Assembly (NCBI GenBank): GCA_038329785.1 | Contig: JBBQNI010000011.1 | Span: forward strand, 2,518 to 66,517 | From: Anaerolineales bacterium | Lineage (GTDB): Bacteria > Chloroflexota > Anaerolineae > Anaerolineales > Anaerolineaceae | Length of the DNA: 64,000 bases | Direction: 5' to 3' | Shown here: positions 57,545-64,000 of the stretch, one piece after another | Layout of the letters: every line of letters starts with the position of its first letter | Numbering within the stretch: the stretch's first letter is position 1 | Notes under the pieces: model-generated | Told to the model about the DNA's origin: nothing | Database searches by the model: none | Seen by the model: only the letters and a program-made list of their open reading frames with translations | Program-made: the position numbers and the translations under genes

Positions 57545-59203
57545 ATGAAATCGAGCAAAGACCGTATTCTTATCGTAGAAAGCAACCCTGAAATCAGTGA
57601 CTTCATCGGGCGCCAGGCTCTTTCTTCGGCAGGCTTTCAGGTCTTCTCGGTTGCCGATGCCAGCAGTGCCATCGCCAAGACTCTCCAGGTTGCTCCTGAC
57701 CTGATTATCACTGATATCCGTCTGCCCGGCCTGAGTGGCAAAGATCTCATGATTGCCCTAAGTTCACAGGGCATCAATACGCCGGTCATTGTGGTGGCTG
57801 AGGAAGGCATGGAATCGGAAGTAATTCAAACCTTCCGGCTGGGTGCGGTTGATTATCTCATCTGGCCATGCCAGGAACCTGAAATCATCCGCTCGGTCGA
57901 GCGCATCATGTCTCAGATTCATGAACACCGCGAACGCACAATGCTCGAAAAAAGGTTATCCGATATCAACCAGCAGCTGCAGCAACGTGTACGCGAATTG
58001 ACCGCCATTTTTTCGATGGGTAAGGCGGTCACTTCCATCACCGATCAGCGCGCGCTATTTGAAAAAATCAACCATGTTGCCGCCCAGGTAACCCAGGCTG
58101 ATATCTCCTGGTTTTTGTTGCGCGAGGAAGAAAAAGAAAAGAAGTTTGTGCTGGTTGCCCAACAAGGGTTGCCCGATTACCTGGCCGAGTTTTTAATGGA
58201 TGCCTGGGATGACGGCATCAGTTCGCTGGTGGTCATGTCCGGCGAGCCACTGAGCCTGCATGGCGAACCGATTAAACGCTTCCGGGTTAAATCACTGGGA
58301 CAATCCATTCTGATCGTGCCGCTCAAGGTACAGCGACAGGTAATGGGCATCCTGGTGGTCATGCGCTCACAACCACTTCCCTTCTCCGATAGTGATCAGC
58401 ACTTGATGGAAGCCGTGGCCGATTATGCTTCCATATCGTTGGTTAACGCCCGCCTCTTTCGTGCAATTGAAGCGCGTGCACAGGCACTGCAGGACCTGGC
58501 TTCACGCGCCCAGAGCAGCGAAAGCATTAACCAGGAAAAACTGCAGGCCGTACAGCACGAACTGGAGGAATCGGGTAAATTGATGGTGACTTTACTGGAT
58601 GAGCTTTCTCAGGATGTCACTGCCCGTTGGAACCCGACCCAACGTCAAAATCTTGCACAGGTGCGGGAGAAGTTGAACGCCCTTAATATCATTGCCGAAA
58701 CAATTTTGCCCTCGCCCCCCTCAAACGGCCATTTGCAAGAATCGGCAACAAATATCAAGGAGCTCATTGACGTCCTGGTCCGGCGCTATCAAACGGTGGT
58801 GGTTCAAAACAAGATCAAGTTAACGAATGACATGCCTGAGTTTGCCCTTACCGTCCAGGCAGAGCAGACTCAACTCCAAGAGGTAATTCAGGGATTGCTA
58901 GCGAATGCCATTCAATTTTGTGAGGAGAATGGTGAAATTGTGATCAAAGTTTCACAAATGTCCAATTCTAAGGCGCAGGTTGATGTTATCAATACGGGTG
59001 TCATCAGTCAAAAGGATCGTGAATCGATCTTCAAAAACATGCTTCAGAAAACTCCCAAACTTCGATCAGCCGGCATTGGCATCAGCCTGGCATTAATTCA
59101 ACAAATCGTGCAAAATATGAACGGTCAGGTGTGGGTCGACCAGGCGGACGAAAATAGGACCGCCTTCCATGTATTGCTGCCGCTGAGTGTGTCCAGAGCG
59201 TAA
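57545..59203 (+). CDS. Receiver-GAF-histidine-kinase-like hybrid protein
   Basis: REC (ILIVESNPE, LIITDIRLPGLSG, VIVVAEEG, DYLIWP), GAF, an H-box-like VQHELEES, an N-box LLANAIQF, and degenerate G-boxes (VINTGVIS, AGIGISLALI). Confidence 0.75.
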   Translation: MKSSKDRILIVESNPEISDFIGRQALSSAGFQVFSVADASSAIAKTLQVAPDLIITDIRLPGLSGKDLMIALSSQGINTPVIVVAEEGMESEVIQTFRLGAVDYLIWPCQEPEIIRSVERIMSQIHEHRERTMLEKRLSDINQQLQQRVRELTAIFSMGKAVTSITDQRALFEKINHVAAQVTQADISWFLLREEEKEKKFVLVAQQGLPDYLAEFLMDAWDDGISSLVVMSGEPLSLHGEPIKRFRVKSLGQSILIVPLKVQRQVMGILVVMRSQPLPFSDSDQHLMEAVADYASISLVNARLFRAIEARAQALQDLASRAQSSESINQEKLQAVQHELEESGKLMVTLLDELSQDVTARWNPTQRQNLAQVREKLNALNIIAETILPSPPSNGHLQESATNIKELIDVLVRRYQTVVVQNKIKLTNDMPEFALTVQAEQTQLQEVIQGLLANAIQFCEENGEIVIKVSQMSNSKAQVDVINTGVISQKDRESIFKNMLQKTPKLRSAGIGISLALIQQIVQNMNGQVWVDQADENRTAFHVLLPLSVSRA

Positions 59204-59208
59204 TTTTT

Positions 59209-61134
59209 ATGACAAATCATCCACAATCACAAATGATATTAATCATTAATGCAGATGGGCAGGTTAACTACTTACTCGACCGCATTCTAAAATCGATGGG
59301 CTTTTTGGTTGAGTTGAGCAAAACGCTGCGGGATATCAAGCAGTTTTTTTCGCCTTCGCCGCCTTCACTGGTTATCATCAGCCAACTGTTTGCTCAGGAG
59401 AACGAGTATAACTGGGTAAGAGAAACCCGCCAGCACTACCCCCTCTTACCCATCATTGCTTACGCAGCCAGCGTCAGCCCGCAAGACTTATACGATGCCC
59501 TGCGAGTTGGGATAAATGACTTTCTGAGCTCTCCCCTGACACGTGATGATGTGGTCGATTGCATTCAAGCCAACATCAAAAAAGCAGCCAATTTAAAAAA
59601 TTATGTTCTGCTGGAATCACGACGTGCCACACAACAACTACAGGCACGCGTCAACGAGCTTGAATCGCTCATACGACTGGGAAGATCGATTACTTCCTCA
59701 CTCGACCTGGACGAAGTGCTGCGTATGATCGTGGATGCCTGCGTTGAAGTGACCGGCTCTGAAGAGGGCAGTTTGTTGCTGGTCGAAGAAGCAACCGGTG
59801 ACCTGTACATGCGCGCCTCGCGCAACTTTAATAATGATTTTGTCAGCACGTTTCGACTGCCAGTCCAGGATTCTCTGGCCGGTACTGTCTTGCGAACAGG
59901 CGAACCTGTCATTCTTGATGAGGATACGCCTCAGAAAATTAAAACATCCTATCTGGTTCATAGCCTTGTTTATGTGCCCCTTAAACTGCGCCAACATGTA
60001 ATTGGTATCCTCGGGATTGACAATCGCCATAACCGCGTTTCTTTCAAACAAAAAGATGTCCTGCTGCTATCCACAATGGCAGAATATGCCGTTATTGCGA
60101 TTGAAAATGCGCGTCTGTTCTCGGAAATGGTGAATGAAAAGAACAAGCTGGATACAATTATCGGCGAAATTGAGGATGGCGTGGTTGTAATTGATCAGGA
60201 ACAACGAATCATCCTGATGAATCAAACGGCACAACAAGCACTCGGAATTAAGCAGAAAGTTACCAGCGGTCTGCACATAAACACGCTGCTGGCCCCGCAG
60301 GAATTACTGGATCTGATTCAAGGTGAAAACAGTCATCTCTCACAGCAGATCGAAATTGAAGATGCGAAGGAGAATATCTTCAGCGCCCAGTTAACCCCCA
60401 TCCCCGCGGTCGGGTTGGCCATCACCCTGCACGATATCACTTCCTTGAAGAAACTGGATCGCATTAAGAGCGATTTTGTCAACACAGTATCACACGATTT
60501 AAGATCACCTTTGACCGCCATTCTTGGGTACGTGGAATTGATCGAACGGACAGGTCAGATCAATGAATTGCAGAAGGAATTTATCCGCCGCGTACAGACA
60601 TCCGTCCAAAATATCACTACCCTGGTAGAGGATCTGCTCAACCTTGGCAAGATTGAAGCCGGATTTGATACCCGCAAAGAATTGGCCGATCTGGAAGCTA
60701 TCATCCGCACTTCAGTTGATAACCTTTACTCACGATTGAAACAGCGCAACCAACAAATTAAACTCACAAATAACGACCGGATTCCCCAAGTCTATATCAA
60801 TCCCATCCAGATTCGTCAGCTGCTAGATAACCTGTTATCAAACGCCAGTAAGTATTCAAGAGAAGGTTCGACCATCCGTGTTGAAACCCAGCTGGAACAG
60901 AATCAGATTATTATCAGGGTGAGAGATGAGGGCATCGGCATCCCTCAGGTGGATATTCCCTTCATCTTCGATAAGTTTTACCGGTCGGGCAATATAGATC
61001 CGGAAGTTTCTGGTTCGGGTTTGGGTCTGGCAATTGTCAAATCGATTGTTGATAATCACCGGGGCCGCATCTGGGTCGAATCAAGTGTGGGGAAAGGCTC
61101 CACCTTTACCATCGTTTTGCCAGTCACGGAATAA
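59209..61134 (+). CDS. Sensor histidine kinase with an N-terminal pseudo-receiver, GAF and PAS domains
   Basis: The receiver-like N-terminus has Ser at the acceptor position (LVIISQLF). GAF, PAS, HisKA SHDLRSPLTAILGY, and HATPase boxes LLSNASKYS, DEGIGIP and GSGLGLAIV. Confidence 0.88.
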   Translation: MTNHPQSQMILIINADGQVNYLLDRILKSMGFLVELSKTLRDIKQFFSPSPPSLVIISQLFAQENEYNWVRETRQHYPLLPIIAYAASVSPQDLYDALRVGINDFLSSPLTRDDVVDCIQANIKKAANLKNYVLLESRRATQQLQARVNELESLIRLGRSITSSLDLDEVLRMIVDACVEVTGSEEGSLLLVEEATGDLYMRASRNFNNDFVSTFRLPVQDSLAGTVLRTGEPVILDEDTPQKIKTSYLVHSLVYVPLKLRQHVIGILGIDNRHNRVSFKQKDVLLLSTMAEYAVIAIENARLFSEMVNEKNKLDTIIGEIEDGVVVIDQEQRIILMNQTAQQALGIKQKVTSGLHINTLLAPQELLDLIQGENSHLSQQIEIEDAKENIFSAQLTPIPAVGLAITLHDITSLKKLDRIKSDFVNTVSHDLRSPLTAILGYVELIERTGQINELQKEFIRRVQTSVQNITTLVEDLLNLGKIEAGFDTRKELADLEAIIRTSVDNLYSRLKQRNQQIKLTNNDRIPQVYINPIQIRQLLDNLLSNASKYSREGSTIRVETQLEQNQIIIRVRDEGIGIPQVDIPFIFDKFYRSGNIDPEVSGSGLGLAIVKSIVDNHRGRIWVESSVGKGSTFTIVLPVTE

Positions 61135-61813
61135 ACACTGCCTGGCAATCCGCCCCTGCGGGTTAAAGAAAGCCTCCGTAGGGGGCGGTGAGGAGGAACC
61201 CGACGGAGGCTTATGCCAAAGGAGGAGACAACGATGAGTAATAGGTGTGATCCTAATTTTCCCCGTCTCCATCTATAAATATACCCTTTTCGCCTTGCCC
61301 GACCCAGCAATGAAAGTCATTGACGGGTGATGATTTTGCTCCTGATTGCCTGTTACAAAGATATTATTGACAAATAGTACTCGGATTTGTCCTTTTTTTA
61401 GTGTTCAGGTTCCCTGTTTCATGCGGGAAAGTCATAAATTCGAATTATCTCCTATGGGCTCATGATCGTACCCCAAAGTAATGCACCCGAGTGATAGATA
61501 AAATTGTAGGTTGTACAGGTCCATCTTCCCTGGTTTTTTTATCAATGTCTCAGGACAAATCAAAAACACGGCAAGCACAAGTGCCCAACAAATGGGGTCT
61601 CATGCGAATGGGACACTTTTTGAATGGGTTGCATAGTAACAATCAGCTTATCGACTGAAAAAATGAAATTTATCTAATTGTTGATCAAATGTTCAAACTT
61701 TATTACGCTTGACGCAAGTTAACGGTTATGCTACTATTTTGATAGTTCGGCTATTTCGATTCGACATGCAAATGTCCGTTAGAAACGGACGGGGTTTGAG
61801 AAGGAGAACATTC

Positions 61814-62470
61814 ATGAAAAAGATACTCTATGCAATGGTCCTGCTTGTGATTTTGACCAGTTTAACAATAGTGGGTTGCACCCGCACGGCGACAAAAGGC
61901 GGTGGTGGAGCGGATATTACCAGCACTGCTGATATTCCCTTTCCTGTCGCTCCAAGTTCCAACCCGCGCATGACTGAAATCGTCAGCGCTACGCAGACTG
62001 CCATGGTTAAGCCCACCGAAGGTTTGAGTGAAAAGACCCCTTCTCCTGGTGATGTAGCAACCATACCAGCTGCCACTGATGAAACTGTTGCGCCGACTGC
62101 TAAATCTATTGTGATTGTGCCAACAGCCACCCCTGGTAAACCGGCAACATATATACTGCAAGATGGCGAATTCCCCTATTGTATCGCCCGCCGCTTTGAT
62201 GTGAACCCTGGCGACCTGCTGGCAATTAATAATATTGGCGGTAACGTTGACCCAGGCACCACCCTTAAGATCCCAACCGATAGTAAATGGCCTGTAGAAT
62301 TCGAGCGCTCCCTGCGGGATCACCCTGGCACCTATACAGCCCAGGCCGGACAGACAATTTATGAAATTGCCTGCCTCTTCGGCGATTCCGATCCGGATGC
62401 CATTATCCTGGCCAATGATCTGAAAGCACCCTATAGCTTGAGCGCCGGTCAGGTTCTCCAGATCCCTTAA
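61814..62470 (+). CDS. Lipoprotein with two LysM domains
   Basis: I moved the start to ATG 61814 after GAAGGAGAA. Lipobox LTIVGC. A T/P/A-rich linker. Two LysM repeats (YILQDGEFPYCIARRFDVNPGDLLAINNI...GTTLKIP and YTAQAGQTIYEIACLFGD...LSAGQVLQIP). Confidence 0.85.
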   Translation: MKKILYAMVLLVILTSLTIVGCTRTATKGGGGADITSTADIPFPVAPSSNPRMTEIVSATQTAMVKPTEGLSEKTPSPGDVATIPAATDETVAPTAKSIVIVPTATPGKPATYILQDGEFPYCIARRFDVNPGDLLAINNIGGNVDPGTTLKIPTDSKWPVEFERSLRDHPGTYTAQAGQTIYEIACLFGDSDPDAIILANDLKAPYSLSAGQVLQIP

Positions 62471-62561
62471 CCATTCTCCAATGTCACTCCACAGCGGGGA
62501 CCAGAGGTGGGGGGTTTCTTCCATTCTCCTTGTCCCCGCTGATTTATTTAAGTGAGCCAAG

Positions 62562-63092
62562 ATGAAATTTAACATCCTGAATCGCGAGACAGTTTATCAG
62601 GGCAGAGCATTCAATGTACAAAAAGTTCACATGCAACTTCCCAACTCGAAGCGCAGGCACTATGATCTCGTGGCACATGCTGACTCGGTATCCATTCTAC
62701 CGATTGACCCGCAAGGTAACATTCTTTTTGTGTCACAATACCGTCTGGGCGCGGACCAGGATTTATTGGAACTACCGGCCGGATTGATCGATGACGGCGA
62801 AGATCCATTAACCGCCGCTCAGCGTGAGATCCGCGAAGAAACCGGCTACGCCTGTAAAAATATGCGTCTTTTGGGGGATTTTTACCTCGCGGCAGGTTAT
62901 TCCAGTGAGCACATGTTTGTTTTCCTGGCACCCGAGCTGGAGGCATCCTATTTGGAGCCTGATACGGATGAATTCATCACGCTGAAGAAAATCCCATTCA
63001 AGGATGCGATCAACCTGGTGCGAGGCGGGGAAATTAAAGATGCCAAGACCATGGCAGCATTTCTGCTAGCCCTACCTTACCTGACTGGTTAA
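62562..63092 (+). CDS. Nudix hydrolase (ADP-ribose pyrophosphatase-like)
   Basis: Nudix box GLIDDGEDPLTAAQREIREETGY. 176 aa. Confidence 0.88.
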   Translation: MKFNILNRETVYQGRAFNVQKVHMQLPNSKRRHYDLVAHADSVSILPIDPQGNILFVSQYRLGADQDLLELPAGLIDDGEDPLTAAQREIREETGYACKNMRLLGDFYLAAGYSSEHMFVFLAPELEASYLEPDTDEFITLKKIPFKDAINLVRGGEIKDAKTMAAFLLALPYLTG

Positions 63093-63411
63093 TGATCAAT
63101 CAGGCGGAATTTAATATGAACTCATTTTTTTTAATTTGTGCATTTTTTCTCAAATAGAACCAATTCTTCGTGTTTTTTCCGGTATAATAGATTTTTGGAG
63201 TGATGATTTCGGGACGGGGGAATTTACTTGAATGATACCCAGCCATTCAAGTATTGAGTTTGGATTTTTTTATGACACGGCACAGGTGCAATCATGATCA
63301 ATATTACTACAATTTTTATCAACTTATCTTTAGACTTTAATATTGGAAATCAGAATAATGGTTTATGAACAATGAAAGCAAAAAATACTATAATTCGGGG
63401 TTCCCGATTAA

Positions 63412-64000
<589 letters not shown>

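Noticed and set aside
61862-62575. 237-aa minus-strand ORF
   Set aside because: It overlaps the LysM lipoprotein gene, which has a lipobox, two clear LysM repeats and a strong SD. The antisense frame has no features.

Overview
This is a densely coding bacterial chromosomal segment with roughly 47 protein-coding genes on both strands. I could not recognise any rRNA, tRNA or CRISPR array by eye. Lineage cannot be established without a database search. Thr/Pro-rich linkers after signal anchors, serpins, an LCP protein and large TPR/PAS proteins are reminiscent of Chloroflexota (Anaerolineae-like), but that is a low-confidence guess. Housekeeping content: cyclophilin PPIase, gnd, hutU, polA, wecC-wecB-GT4, murJ, a cspA-like gene with a long leader, an htrA-like protease, a dnaJ/cbpA-like chaperone, a Nudix hydrolase, and the 5' end of a pyruvate:ferredoxin oxidoreductase. 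Accessory and regulatory content is heavy on c-di-GMP signalling, with three GGDEF cyclases and one large PAS/GAF/HD-GYP phosphodiesterase. It also includes two tandem REC-GAF-kinase genes, two tandem lipoprotein serpins, three M42 aminopeptidase paralogs interleaved with an AAC(3)-like acetyltransferase, and an orphan ChlI-like AAA+/VWA pair. The observations I rank highest are these. (1) A receiver-like protein whose C-terminus is a degenerate IS200-type HUH/Y1 transposase fold lies directly upstream of polA, which is itself translationally coupled to a TPR protein. (2) An AT-richer segment (about 51.3-57.5 kb) carries an IS remnant, a PAS-GGDEF gene and a PAS/GAF/HD-GYP gene that share a duplicated upstream leader, followed by an 826-bp non-coding stretch with a repeated TGTCCAC motif. 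(3) An eRF1-like (bacterial aeRF1/Vms1-type) protein with a zinc ribbon is clustered with HtrA and a DnaJ-class chaperone. (4) A truncated pyrophosphatase-like mini-ORF sits 9 nt (10 nt from stop codon end to start codon) behind a membrane diguanylate cyclase. All functional calls rest on motif recognition from the translated ORFs and on remembered family signatures. No searches were run.
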